Source of the DNA: Raillietiella orientalis
Taxonomy: Eukaryota
Assembly (NCBI GenBank): GCA_036172245.1
Contig: JAYWIR010000034.1
Location: forward strand, 930,001-994,000
Reading direction: 5' to 3'
DNA length: 64,000 nucleotides
Part shown: piece after piece, positions 25,101-38,435 of the stretch
How the letters are laid out: each line of letters begins with the position of its first letter
Numbering within the stretch: position 1 is the first letter of the stretch
The notes under the pieces: model-generated
Seen by the model: only the letters and a program-made list of their open reading frames with translations
What the model was told of the DNA's origin: nothing
The model's database searches: none
Translations under genes and position numbers: made by a program

Positions 25101-28100
25101 TGGAAGAGCCAAACGGAAGCAAGAAAGAAACGATCCTGCGCCTGTCGTAGCGAGTAAAGGCATTCGTCGGGTCGCTGAGACGATCGATGAATCGGGATGA
25201 TGAAAACCCCAGGAAGGAACTGGGGGAGAAAAAGCCAGAGCAGTCGACGGAGAGCGAAAGTCCAAAGCGAATTGCCAGAAACTTCGGAAGCTAAAGGCGG
25301 AGTTTCGCGTTCCGGTTAGAAGAGCTGTTCCCTGCCTTCTTGCCTGCATCTCCTCGGAAACCAGCGGTCCTCCTCCTGCGCGCGTTTCTTCTTTTCCTTT
25401 TCTTCCACTTTCTGCATCAGATATGTCGAAGAAGAAACGGTCCTCCACCCGAAATACTCGAAGCACGCATGGAACCTTCGTCCTCTTGTCTTTCCCGGAA
25501 GGTTCGCGCGTGGGCTGCCCGCCCTCGGACAGGCACCGTCTGTCGGCGCCCCGCCAATGCACCAGTGAGTCTTCTGATGCCGGGAACGACGGGGGATCGG
25601 CCGCTGCGTCAGGGCTGCTCAGCACATTCGACGGAAGGCCGGCAATCAGCGGCCGACGAGGAGCGAAAGGCGAAGGTGTTCCGAGCAAGGCCGCTACAAC
25701 AACCATTCGCGCGATGGCCACAGTCTGATCGTGTCGATGGCGGGAGGAGCCACGTGCGCCGAATCCCGGCTGCCGAAACAGGCACGTCCCACCGTCTTCG
25801 CGTGTTTCCTCGCCGATTTTCCCCTAGCAAACGCTCCGACGTGACCGGGTGAGAATTCAAGCGTCTTCTGGTCTTTGTCTTGTCTGGCATCGTCGTCGGA
25901 TCCTCGCTCGCTCCGCGGGTAGGAAGGAAGCAAGCAAGCAAGAAAGAAAGCAAAGAAGAAAAAAAAGCGATGCGAGAGATCCGGCGGGCCTCGTTTTTCC
26001 CCGACCTCCTTTCTTCTGAACGCTTTTCCCGAACGCACGCGCGAAATTGCTCTCTTCGATCGATGGAGATCCTTGGAAATGGCAGGGGGAGGGCCTGTGT
26101 GGGGGTGGAAGCAAGCCGAGCTGCTGCGGGAAACGAGGACGCTGCGGGCGAGGAAACCCACCCCATCGACAAATGCCCCCTTCCGACAAGGTCCCATCAT
26201 CCTACCCCAACGACAGGCGGGAGAGATTGCAGACGCAAGCCCTGAGGTGCCGCGATGGCCGACTCTCCGCCGGAAGCGCTCGGAAGGGGAGGTCCTCCTC
26301 GTGCGTGGGAGCCATGGAATACCAAAAAGAAGTTGGATACGTTTAATCCCGATGGAATGAGGGAAAGCAGTTGGGAGTTTATTATGGATTTCGAGCCTCG
26401 GCTGCAAGGCGCAGGAATCCAGCATGCCCTGGGGATCTTTAGCCCCCCTTCCCTCCTCTGATCTCCAGCACCCTTGAAGAAGGGCGTGCGTCGGTCGGTG
26501 CACCCGCGATGGGGAGGAAAGTGTGGGCTTTCCCGGCCGTCCGACCGGACGCGTGTGTGCGCATCGTTGTAGGGCAAGAGGGTGTAGGGGAATGGAAACG
26601 GAACCGCAGCCGGGAGAGCGGCCGTTCCTCACACCGCGAGAAGGAAACGGAAGGATGCCGAAGCGATTCTTTACTTCGAGACTCTTTTCGACGTCTGGTT
26701 GTTTTCCGGAACGCGGACAGCCTCCGTGCTTCCTCCAGACGGCGACACGGCGCCGGGAAAGGTAGGCGCTCGCGAGAGAAGCGGACCTGTGCAAGGCGGA
26801 GACAGCAGCAGGAACAGCAGGAGGAAGAGGGACGGTGAGTAGGAGGAGCGCACTGCCACGCGGCGGGTGTCCGCCAGAGGGCGTGCGCGCCACCCTTCCG
26901 GCAGCCTCGGAGAGAATCCTGCGTCTTCTCGCCCGCGGCTCGAGGAGACGGACGACGTGGCGCCTCCGCCGTTCTCCTGGAGCCAGTTGCGGGCTGCCGA
27001 CGGGAGGCTCCTTGCTCAAGCGCGGTAACGAGGGGAGCTGTCTGCCACCCCAGGCCTCTTCTCCCGTCTCCTTCCCACGGAAACTGGGTTCCCGACGGCG
27101 CGCCCCCTTCCCTCCCTCCGCCCGCGGCGCGAAAACGGCGATCTGCGCGCTGCCGGCGACATCCTCGAGGGAGCAAAAGTTCAACTCACCTGCAGTATGG
27201 CCAGGATCCAGAAGGCGTACTGTATCTTGGATAGGTCCTGCGCTTCCCTCAGGCCCAGGACGGACGACGCGTTCCCCGGGCCTTCCTGCAGAAAGGGGGT
27301 GCAGTCTTCGTTCAGCAGGAACGGCTCCGTGATGAGCGGGGCGACGAAGGCGCCCAGGCCGTAGAAGAAGTGCAGGCACTGGAAGGCAAGCGGCGCGGTC
27401 ACCGGTGCTGCGGCGGCGACCCCTCCCGGGGCAGGCCGGGCGAAGGAGGAAGAGGAGAGAAGCGAAATCTCCCGGGTCGTCTCGACACTCCTCTTCCTCT
27501 TTCCGCTGCGGGACTCCGGACTCGGAGTCTCCAGCTGATTCCAGAGGTGCTGATTCCCGTGTTCTCCGGCGTTCCCTTTTTTTTTTTCATTTTCGTTTTG
27601 CTTCGAGACGGGGAAGGTGAAAGCTGCGGCGCCCGGGACGCCCCGCGCCTCGCCTCGCCCCGCCCCGGGGAAGGCGAGTTCCGCTGCCGCGACTCAGCTG
27701 TGGCGGCTGGTCGCGACGCCCCGATGCGGACTCCTGGTGGCCGCTCCCGCAAACTCCCCACGCACGGAGAGACTCGTCGGAGCATCGCCTTCGGCTCCCT
27801 GCGACCCTCCGGAGCCGAGGGCGGCGACAGCGTGCGGCCATGTATCGGGATACGGTGCCCGGGCGCCACGCCATTTCTCTGCAACTGCTTCGCGCAACAG
27901 GGAGGAGGTCGCTCCCGCCCGCGGGCGACCCAGCGGTAGGGACGGGAGGGGGCTCGCTCGCTCGCTCCTTTACGCAGGAGCGAAGCCAAGAGATGGGAAG
28001 CGGGGGACGGGATTGGAGGGGAGTCTCGACGCGGATCCGCCGAGCGAAGGGGATGCATTCGGAGGAGGCGCCCGTGCCCGGACAAGGGTTGCCAAGGACA

Positions 28101-31100
28101 CCCTGCTCGGCTCGCGCAGGAGGTCGAGGCTCGCCGCGGCGGCGGCGGAGGCAGCAGCATGGCTCCTGGACGAAGAAGAAGCCGGCAGGAGAAGCTCGTG
28201 CGCGGCGCTTCCCGCAGGAAGCACGAGTCGCAGTGCGTCCTTCGACCCGACCGCGAGGTCCCTGAGGAGCGTCCCGAGAACGGTTCCCAGGAAACGACCT
28301 CGGCTGCTAGAAGCCAACGGCGATCTCATTAGCTCGGCCGCACGCCCCGCTCTCGGACGTTGGGGACGCCCTGCGGCTGACTCCCGGCAGAGCTGGCGCT
28401 CCTCGGTGCTGAGCGAGAGTAAGGGGCTGCGGCAGGACCCACGGGACACGCAAGCACGCGTCCTGGGAAGCTGCTCGCCTCCGACCTTCCAACGCGGGCG
28501 GGCAGCCATCTCCCTGATGCGAGGTCCAGAGAAAGGAAGACCCTCGGTCGGAGGATTTCTGGATCAGCAATCTGCCTCGTTTCACTTTCGAAAAGTCTCC
28601 TTCTACTTGTTGATAGAGCGAGGGTAGACAAATGACTCCTATTGAAATTCCGCACACTGCTGGATAAATGAATCGCAATCAACCTGAGATTTTTCGAGGC
28701 CACTTCCACGGGCTCTTCTTCGGGGGAGGATCCTAGAATTGCCAACTGGAGAAAGGGTTTTGCTGACTCGCATATCTGGGCTGCTTTCTTCACCGGAACT
28801 CTCTTCTGAACGCCTTCCCTCGATCTGCGTGGTGGAACAAGGCACCCTCTGGCGGCTCGCTTCGAACTCGACTGGACACCTCGTACTCTGACCCATTTGG
28901 TTCTGCGAGGAGTTGCATTCGCTCTTGACTACGGGAATTCGGAATTTTCGACAACCTGGGAACAGCTTGGTTCCGCTTAATGAGACGGACAGTGACATCT
29001 CCGATGACAGTCTTGTGCTTGAATCCTGCGAATGTTGTGTTGTTGTTCGTGAGCTTCGAAACCAAGACGACCCCACAGGTAGGTGGGCATATCGCCACCA
29101 GAGTTAACCAGATGATTTTTTGGTACGGAAGCAGCCGAGAAGGGAACGTTGAAAACATCGACGTAACACCCTCCTCGCGAGATGTTTCGAACGTTTCGGC
29201 TTCGAGCTTTTTAGCACTTTGTAAAGAACGATTTTTCCTTAATATACTCGAGAGCATCCGTGTTGCTGGAAATCCCTTTTCTCTTCCCGCTAGTTCGTGT
29301 AGGCGTCGTAGGCATCCCGACGTCATCAGTAGAAAAATGTCCTCGATTCTACGCTTCTTCCCTTAATACATCTTCTTTTCTTTTGTGTTGGATGGCCACG
29401 ATGGGACAGAACTTTTTCCAGAAGATCCACACAGCTTCCTCGTGCATGGCACGTCGAAAAGCAGAAACACAAGGATGTCCGTGATTTCGTTCCGGCCGAT
29501 GTTCCTCATTAGTCGTGGCGCGCGACCAGCAAATCATGGAAGCTCCTTTATCACAGCCTCCAACCAAACTCTCTGCTGGTTTGTTACCGAATCCTCACTT
29601 GGATTCCTCGGAAACAGCTTCTATCTCTTCTCGAAAACCACGCCAGCAAGCGATCCCGTAGCGGTCGAAGCGACTGGGGTGATCGGTCTGCCCATCTTCA
29701 GCTTTCAAAGTTCGCATTGCTTTCCCAACAGGGTTTCGATGGGGTTCACCTTGACCTAAAGTACCCGTTGTTTCCCAGCGAGTTTCATCACGAAAACGGC
29801 CTTTTCGAAAAACGGTGCTTTTCTTTCTCCCCAGCTTTCCGTTAGTGGCCGGTGCGCACGGCACCACCTCTTCATCTGCAAGTCCTTCGCCCCCTCACGA
29901 GGATCGCCTCCTTCTACAGAAGTTGATTTCGATGTCTTTTTGCAATCCACACCTAACATATCGCCTCGGCGATTTCATATCTTTGTGACTGCAACTTCGA
30001 AGCGTAATTTCGATTCCTATTTTCGAGCGATTTTTCAGTTTGAAGTAATTGGGACTCTAAAACGGCTCTTAGCAGTCTTGGACCTTGTGTTCATTTGAAT
30101 ACGATTAATCGTTGATGGAACGCAACCACCTCCAGCAACTAACACCGCTCGCTGCGAGGGGTGTTGCTTCGGGAATCTTTTGGTGCACCGCCCGTGGTCC
30201 GTGCGAACTTTCCTACACGAGCATTCCACTGTACCTCCAATTCCACCGTTTTCAGCCCATTTCTGCTAAATGGACGCATGAACCCGTTGCTGCCACGGTT
30301 TGCAAGCTTCCGTTTTCGCGGCCCTATTTTTACGCGGCGCGTTCTCTCCCCGAAGTGAACGTCCCTTTTTGCGCCATTTTCGAGAGTAAACAAATCGAAA
30401 CTTTCGCGAAGCGCATGGGTGGATACGACGGTTTTCGGCGAAGGTACTTTTCGAAAGACTTACGGACGGTCCACACTGCAATTCAAGATGGCGTTCGGTT
30501 GCGTCGGATATCGAAATTCCACCGTTTTCAGGGGATATCGAAATTCACTTTTCCAACTTCAACAGCCGTCGCAGGAGAGGCGGACGGAATGTCTTCGGCA
30601 CGCTCAAACCAACCCTGGACGGAGGACGTGCGTCCTTCCGCCAGGAGCTCCCCAGGACCCTCGACCGGCTCCCGGGAAGCGCGAAGGCACCACTCCGAGC
30701 TCGGCCCCGGTGCCTCGGTGCTGCGTTCGGAGCCGTCGTCTTGCGGCCTTTGGGCGACGCCAACCGGAGCCTCAGCTCGCCCCCGCCGTGCTTCGGCGAC
30801 CTTCGCGACGGGGTCGCTTCCAGCGCAGTTCGCTACCGCGGAACTCCCGTCGTCCACGCAGCGGCAACCGGAAAGTCCCGAGACACGTTGGCGACGATCG
30901 TCACGCCAGGGGGAACGCTGGCACACGCCGCGAAGGAGGAATCCTCTCGCTCCCGCAGGACCCAGGACGCAGGATCCAACCCCAGCAGCCTTCCCACCTT
31001 CCGCCTTCGTCGGCAGCCAAAGCCCGCCAGGACCCACGCCAAGTGGGAGTTTCCCGCTGGTCACCCGCGGATGCCTCGACGGGCGAATCGGGGGCAGACC

Positions 31101-34100
31101 GAGCAGTCCGAATGCACCATGAAATTCTCGCGACGCCAGCAGCTGAGCGGGAGTGGAGGAACGGGATCTCCAGCGCGAGGACAGGGATCTGCAAGGAGCG
31201 CGCGTCGGGGATCGGCTTCCCTTCTTTCTTCCCGTCTTCCCCCTGTCCTCCCCGTGGACCGCAGGTCGTCGCGCCGCGGCACGTAACCGGCGCCGATCGC
31301 AACGCGCTTCGAATCGCGACCGCCATTGCCAGGGACAGTGGGTCCAGGAGTGCTTGGTGCGCCGAATCCCTTCCTGAAGCGCGCGCAGCACTCGGGCGAG
31401 TCCCCACGTGTGACCGACGCTGCATTAGGCGGCTGCAGGAACTTCCGCCCGAGTTCCACGTGCCAGCATGAGTCATCAGGAAGCAAGCGAGGACGTGCAG
31501 GACGCAGAAACGCCTCCTCCCTCCCTCATCTCATTTTTGTGCATCTTTTCGGAGGAGATTTCCGCTGCACTTTCGTGGACCCACGCCACACTGCGGTGGA
31601 GCGCCTGCCCCTCTCTCGTGAGAACGGAAACCTCCTTGGACTTCCCATCCAGAGAGCAATCACAGAGAGACTCTGCGCCCAATGCACACGCGTCGTGAAG
31701 CAAACGATGGAACCACCACCGCGCCGCACGCTGTCCACCGACTCCATGCTTGTGAATTGAGACCCCCCCCCCCCTTTTGGTGACCGTGGTTCGGTCGGCG
31801 TCGCGAAGAGACCACTTCCCCACCTTGTACGGCGCACGCGGTTTGGCACGATGATGGAGCAAAAGAAACGGAGATGGGAACTCACGGAGACCGATCGCAC
31901 CCCTCCAGCTGCTGGACTGACCTGTTTCCGGGACTACAGAGTGGCCAGTCCGCGTTCCAGGCTCCCCGCGATCCTGAGAAGCTCTTGGAAAAATGGGAAG
32001 AGAGGTCTGCTTCCCTCTCCTTTCCCCTTCCTTCGAGCATGCACCCAGGAATGACGCGGACAGTCTGGGATGGGTCAGGTGGGCTTCTCGCTCAAGGGGG
32101 CTGTGGACCGAGGACGAAGGATGCTGCTCGTTTCCTGCGGAAGATCCCCGAAGAGGGCTGCTGCCGCGCGGCATCCTCTTCCCGCGTCCCCGTGCTTACC
32201 CGACCGCGTCGAAGGGGGGGACGCGGGAACGCGGAAACGCTCTCCCTCTCTCGCAGCTCGCTCCTCCGAGGCTTCCGCTGTCATGGAAACCTTCGACCGG
32301 AAGCGAGAGGGAACGCGCCCGCATGGTTGACGCGATTGGGCACGCCGCCGCGCCGCGTCGCTCCGCGCGCCAACCGAGCTCGCGCGCGCGTATCGGGGAG
32401 ACATGCCGGAGCCGGTTGGTCCTGCCGGTTGGTCCTTTGGGCGCAGGCGCGCAACGTTGCTTGCTGCACTGCACCACCCCTTAGGAGGCGTGGCGCCTCC
32501 GCTTGCCCTGAAGGCGTCGTCTTGCCGTCCGAAAGTCCCTCGAGAGGCCTGGTCGCTGGTTTCCCGCGAAGCAACGCCCTTCGATCGCGTGCGACGGATA
32601 GGGGGAATGCGGAACTGGGGGGGAGCGACGTCCCCCCACGCTGCGTCCCAACGCGAGTCCTGGGGTGGGGGACCTGGCTGTCGGGGTCCGTCAGACGTCG
32701 TGCGGAGAGCAGCAATCCTGCAGCGGTGCGCGCGCTCACGCCAACCGTTTCTCGGTCCACCAGGTTGGGAAAGCCAAACCGAGGCGAGTAACGGGCGTCT
32801 CCGCCTTGTCGGACTGAGGATATGCGTTTGTTGTGTGCACTGCAGGAGTCTGTGGATCTGGGTGAGAAGAGCATAGCAGTTGCTTCGCTAATCTGCTTAA
32901 ACGAACAATCCGTGAGGGAACGAGCTCCAGTGAGAGGGATTCGATGAAGACGGTAGGTGGTTCGAATGAGTACGTGACACCAAGCAAAGGCTGATTTCCT
33001 CTCAGGGGATGTACGGAATCGAAGACAGCGGACCGCTTTCCGAATCGCGCGATGCACTCCCTCAAAATTCTTCGCCACATTCATCTTAGAGACCCGCGAA
33101 CGTTCAGCAAATTTATGGTTAATGAGAGCCGCTTACCAAGGTGAGTACCAAAGAATGAAAACGTACCGTCGCGAGAATATTGCTGCGATCTGAAGAAAAA
33201 AATAGAATAAAATACAGTTGTACCTCGGTACTCGACGGTGTCGGAACTCGTCGAACTCGGTACTCGTTGCATTTTGACGAGAAAAAATGTTTCGGAACTC
33301 GGCGCATGTTCGGAACTCGACATCCCATTCTCCTGATGAAACAAGTGAACGTTTAGTCCCATGGTAGCTTGCAAACAGTGCCCAGCACTTCCATAGAGTA
33401 CCTCCCGAATCCTTCCCTTTTTTTGTGCTTTCTGTGCATTTTAAGCGTTAATCATGGATCCTGAAAGTTTCGTTCGGTACTTGTTGATTGCGGCACTCGT
33501 CACGAATTGCGGAACGAATTACCGACGAGTACCGAGGTAGCACTGTACAAGAAAGATGAGAGCATGATCGGTCAAAATTCTCAACGTGCTCGACACACGT
33601 GCGGTGCAGTAGCCAAAGGGAATAGAATGTTGCATGCGACTGATGAGATTCTTTCTCAGAGAATGTCTCTACTTTCCCTTCCTTCGAGCATGCACCCAGG
33701 AATCACGCGGATCGTTTGGGATGGATCCTCTCTTCAAGAGTGGTCTGCGTAGAGCATTCTCTTGAATGTTCTGGAGGGCAAAACTGGACACCCTCGGAAA
33801 CCCAGGTAAGTCATGAGACGTCTTCCGGTACTCTTTCAGCGGTGTGAATTGGAGGGCGCAGTTAGATATGCGTACCACCGCACGGATCCTGAGCAACTCA
33901 TCTTATGTGCTTGGTAAGACGTGAGCATTTTAAAAGGAAAAAACGGAGTTCACGTAGAGAGGGAACACGCGACAACGGAGGTGTTCGGCGAAAATGCTTA
34001 GCCGGACCGGAGCATCAGCCTCTAAGAGGAACATCATCTTTCTATTGAAGATGCAAATCCCCACATCACGTACGTAACACACGCATTCAGACCGAGTACT

Positions 34101-35535
34101 CGAAAAACTTATTTCTCTTGAGGGCAAAGATGCTGCGTTTCTCGCCCTCTTCCCAGTGACTTGCTTCCCAGTGGCGATCGTACGAGAAGTGAGCTCACCT
34201 GGAGAAAAGGGGGCACGCCGTCACCATATTTTTCAATCAGGAATAAATTGCCACTGGTGTCTATGGTGCCCATGAAGGTACCCATGATTGCCAAGACAAA
34301 TGACAGTATGTAAATGTTCAGGCACAGCGGGATGATGCACATCGTAAAAGCCAGGATGGACACGCTGTAGAAGAGGACGACGTTGGTGGAATACCTGAAA
34401 CATGCATTCCGCGATGAACGTGAGAGAAAGAGGCAGATGCAGTTCCTGGTCGACGAGCAGCTCCAGCAAAGACTGCTCCTCGGATCGCAGCATCACAGAA
34501 ATCCAAAGCGCAGCGGGTGATCAAGAATCGCACTGAGGGGCGTAAAGCGAAGTAAGAAACAGCACTTTCGTATCGGCTAGAGAAGATCACGGAACATCCG
34601 ATGAAAATGGAAAAGACGGTCAGTTGCTCAATCGCGAGCCATTACGAATTCTGTAATTATGTTAGGGAACGATCAGTTTGTCCAAACGGGGAATCCAGTT
34701 GTTTGGAAAGGTCATCATTGTCCAGCAAACGCTCTTTCACTAGGAAACCGCACTCGCTCGGATTGATACAGAGACCTTCCCAGTTTCCAATCCTAAAAAT
34801 AGTTGCGTTTTTTTACCTTTTAATGAAATATCCCGAAAACGCTGATCCTGACAACACAAACAGACCTTGAATAAAAAACACCCAGCTCATGGTTTTTAGA
34901 GTGCTCGAAGTCTTGCATCCTGAAATGGAGAGTTCTTGTCAGGGCACGTGCGATGCAGAAGAATTTGAGAAGAAACGCGCTGTGGACCAATTTTCACTGC
35001 GTCTCGAAACTCTTCCAGTTGAAAAGATAAACATGTGGAATTGTTGGATGATAAATCCCAATGAGTCGAGTCACAGAGGAGACAAGAACCAATCCGTGAT
35101 GATCACAGAGCCAGAGAATCACAGAACCAAAACAAACAAACAAAAACAAAAAGGCTGCATGACCAAAATGGAAGATATAAATCAAATTGCAAGTCCTGCC
35201 CATCATAGGATGTATCGAAGAGACTGGATGCTCACGGATCTCCGCTTAAACTCGCCACCCGCTTGTTTACCTTAGGGCACCGAAATGCAATCGAATCCAG
35301 AGTTACCTAAATCCAGAATGCTGGGTCCCAGAAAGGCTATGCACGTGCCAAAGCAGAAGAAGCTCAGGCAGTAACAGAGGTTTGCGTGCAGCTCCTCGTA
35401 GAAGAGGGAAAGAAACGGCAGCAGCCCTTTCCTTGCTGAAGCTGAAAATAAAAGACACAAACCGCGTGTCGATCTTGAAATTTACCACCGCTGCTTTACT
35501 GCCTCACTCATCTCTTCGCTGATCCCTCCATTCAT
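16127..35535 (-). CDS. MFSD4: MFSD4A/B-like major facilitator superfamily transporter, complete multi-exon copy (exact 5' end uncertain)
   Basis: GT-AG exons read by eye: ~35441-35307 (LCYCLSFFCFGTCIAFLGPSILDL), 34919-34817 (GCKTSSTLKTMSWVFFIQGLFVLSGSAFSGYFIKR), 34394-34199 (…MGTIDTSGNLFLIEKYGDGVPPFLQ), 27378-27190 (CLHFFYGLGAFVAPLITEPFL…YAFWILAILQ), 20926-20822, 17856-17740, 17682-17509 (…NATFWGAIAAGRFLSIGLS), 16871-16724, 16668-16598, 16530-16413, 16341-16127 (stop). Phases join in frame and the motifs match MFSD4 family transporters. Confidence 0.88.
17910..20605 (+). mobile_element. Mirror copy of the decayed L1/Tx1-type remnant
   Basis: ORF 19840..20403 (CKRYGEVETLPHLLLDC); AATAAA at ~20596; lies inside the right arm. 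Confidence 0.6.
32020..32075 (+). repeat. Short dispersed direct repeat (second copy ~33670-33725)
   Basis: CCCTTCCTTCGAGCATGCACCCAGGAAT(G/C)ACGCGGA...TGGGATGG is present at both places. Confidence 0.8.
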
Positions 35536-38404
35536 TCGAGCAGAAGAGGGGGCAAGGCGGTGGTCAGCTCTGAACTGAGAATTTCAGAACAAACCAAAGG
35601 TGATCGATAAGGAGAGGAAAATGGAGCCAACACTCAGAGCCAGCTACCACATTGAATGGATTGCAAAACCCGCATTCCGGAAATCCTCAACCTTGCACCT
35701 TGCATGCACGAAAGCACACCTTCTGAAGGAAGGAACAGAGAGAGATAGAGAGAGAGCAAGTCCTGAACCGCGAACACCTCAAAGCTTCACGATGTGACAC
35801 GAAAAGAAAAGAAAGCGACCAGGACGGCGCCGGAGCGCTAACCAGTATTTCTGTTGCTGCCGATGGAAGGAAGGCGAAAGACCCCCATGCTTTCCCGAGA
35901 AGTCTTAGGCACCAGTCGAACGGCTGGAATTACACGTGTGTGGTGCACGTTCGTACAAGCGTCAGCGTCATTGTCAAGTCAATCCGAATATTTCATGTGA
36001 GAACAGCACACCCCTTTTTTCCTTCGGGTACATTACCTTTCTCACTTACTGGAGTGCTGTCAGATGCTTTTTCCTGATCATGCCAATTTGCCTCCTCCGT
36101 AGATGCGGTCATTCTTGATAGAATGGTGCAGATTCGGAGTTTCTCAGAGTAGTGCAGCGAGTAACTTGAATCTCTGAAACGCAAGTTTTTTACGGGTTCA
36201 GTGTTTCAGATGGTTACCAACAGAAAGCGTTACTCGAGGGGAAGAATCAAGATCTATAAGAAACCTACCTTATGTTAGACCCAGGTCCTCAGAATAGCGA
36301 TATTCTTAAAAGGTATAATCAACTATCTTTATGCTAAAATATTAGATATGATTAATGTTTTTTAATGCATCGTCGAATATGTTGAATTTGAAAGACAAGG
36401 GAGTTTCTATAAAAGAAAAAGGAAAAAATAAGTCATTCTGGTTCAGCAATCAGTTCCACAATTCTACACTGTTCCACACAAAATCATTTTTTTTGGCTTT
36501 ACGAAACAGCCAGAGTTTGCTGTTTTCAAAGTGCATGCACTGAATTCGAACGTGTGAAAGTTACACTGACGCGCCGTGCACCAAGATCACTGCATCTGCA
36601 TGCAACCATTTTCTGGAAACAAGTCCAGAACTGAGGTTGGGCTGAATGAATCCAGCAGACTCGGTTTTAAGCGCTGAACGTTACAGAAAAACAATAAATG
36701 GTCCAGCCATGAACGGATCCACAAGCATTCATGCAGCATGCACACACAAAAAGTGTATCTCTATTTAGTGAACTTAGGCTTCAGCTGATGTCTCCATTGG
36801 GAGGGGATTGCATCGCTGAAACGAATTTCCTTCAAACACGAGATTTAGTCACTCTGCAATCAATTTCCGAATGATATTGTACGTACCTTGTCAGCACGCT
36901 ACTCTGAAACGAACGTTAGTAACAGAATGGTAAGTTTCGATCTCGGAACCACACGGGCATTTACTGCTACTTATGGTGGTAAATGATTAAGGGAGTTTTT
37001 GAATGGCTGCACATTCTTCGGGCGAACAGAGCTTTCCGCGTTTCGGGAAAGATGGCGTTCCGCCCTCTTTTTTCGTTACGTCCCGCGCCCGCACTGCGGA
37101 GGCACACGCACAGCCCCACTCGAGGATGGGCGTGCTCCCCGTGGCACGCGGGATCGATACGAGGTGTGACGTTGAGAACCGAAACTCCGGTTGGGAACAC
37201 GCGGAAGCAAATTTCCGCCTTCCGCGACGAAAGCTTTCGCTGCGTGAGCACCGTTCTGATGTGCACCGCTATGATTTGGAACGGATCGGGAACACCACGC
37301 TCTGGGCCAAATCCAACGGAAGCTCCGGCAATCGATTCCGCAGCCATCGATCCCTTTTGGCCCGGAACGCGTGCTCAGCAAGCGCCAACCCAGAGCCCCC
37401 GGCCCCGCTCAAGTTTACGGCCTGAATTTGCCTTTGCCTGAATTTTGTTTTCTCCGAGCTTTGCGACGGGTGCTCCGAAGCTCCACGGAGGGATCATTAG
37501 AAGATGCTGGAGGCCCGTGCTGCAAATTCCTCGGATGCCGCCAGCAAACGCTACCGTCGGATGCAGCAGCATCCCCAGACAACCGAACCCGCCTGGCTGT
37601 AAAATGCTGCTCTTCTAAACGAAACAGCCTGTTCCTTTGGGCATTCTGGGTTCACCCTGAGGAAGATGCCGAGAAGCGCCTTGGAAAAAAGGGGAAAAAG
37701 CGCTCTCTAAGAAATCCGCAGTGCTTCGTACGGTCCTCAAGTGCTGATCCATATATGTGGCGTACACATTCTTACACTTCCTTCGATGTGCGAGAATGAA
37801 AAGAGGATCTGAACTCCTGGGATTACCACACAGAGCAGCGGTAAATTCATCGATGAACCATTAGAGAAAGTTCGTGAAGAGTGTCGATCTCTTTCGTGGC
37901 AAGTCAGCAATCCCGAAGCAACATGCAAAAAGAAACGATGCTGCAACAGATTATCCGGGATGATCGGTAAGCAATCGGAAGAGAAGCAAGTGCCGCATCA
38001 GTACCAAATAATGCCTGTGCGGCATGCTATTTCTTGGGGAGAAGGAGAGGAAAACTGAAATCGGAACGAAGTGTGTGCAACCAGTTGACATGAGATAGCA
38101 AGGCGAGATTAGGTGCCCCAAGTATCAATACTTGTCTCATCCTTGTTGGGCAATCCACGGTGGGTGAAACCAGCAGCAAAAGTTTCTCTCTCTCCCTTCT
38201 CTCTCCTCCTTTGCTCAACCATTAGATTCCACGAAACACAACTGGAAGCAATGCTTTCAGCAAATCTTTTGACCTGAGTGCTATCGAAGGTCATCTCTGA
38301 AAAAAGGTGCTCCTAATGACACAGACAGCGCTCTCTCCTTCCAGTATAATCTTTATCCTGTCGGGTGAGAAGGCTTCTGCAAAGAAACGACAGATATTTT
38401 TCCT

Positions 38405-38435
<31 letters not shown>

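Larger units (their letters stand above)
14940..27457 (-). repeat. Right arm of giant inverted repeat
   Basis: Begins GATGTCATGCTCTTCGCTCTCG at 14940, the reverse complement of the left-arm end at 12530. Near-identical to the left arm apart from a few SNP/indel patches. Confidence 0.98.

Noticed and set aside
33630..33680. CTGATGA followed by a stem (possible hammerhead ribozyme)
   Set aside because: No GAAA core after the putative stem II and no flanking stems I/III. The same applies to CTGATGA at ~42334 and ~45214.
36960..38300. ORFs 36967..37347, 36983..37441 and 37371..37799
   Set aside because: No domain similarity recognised, conflicting overlapping frames, and no convincing splice pattern.
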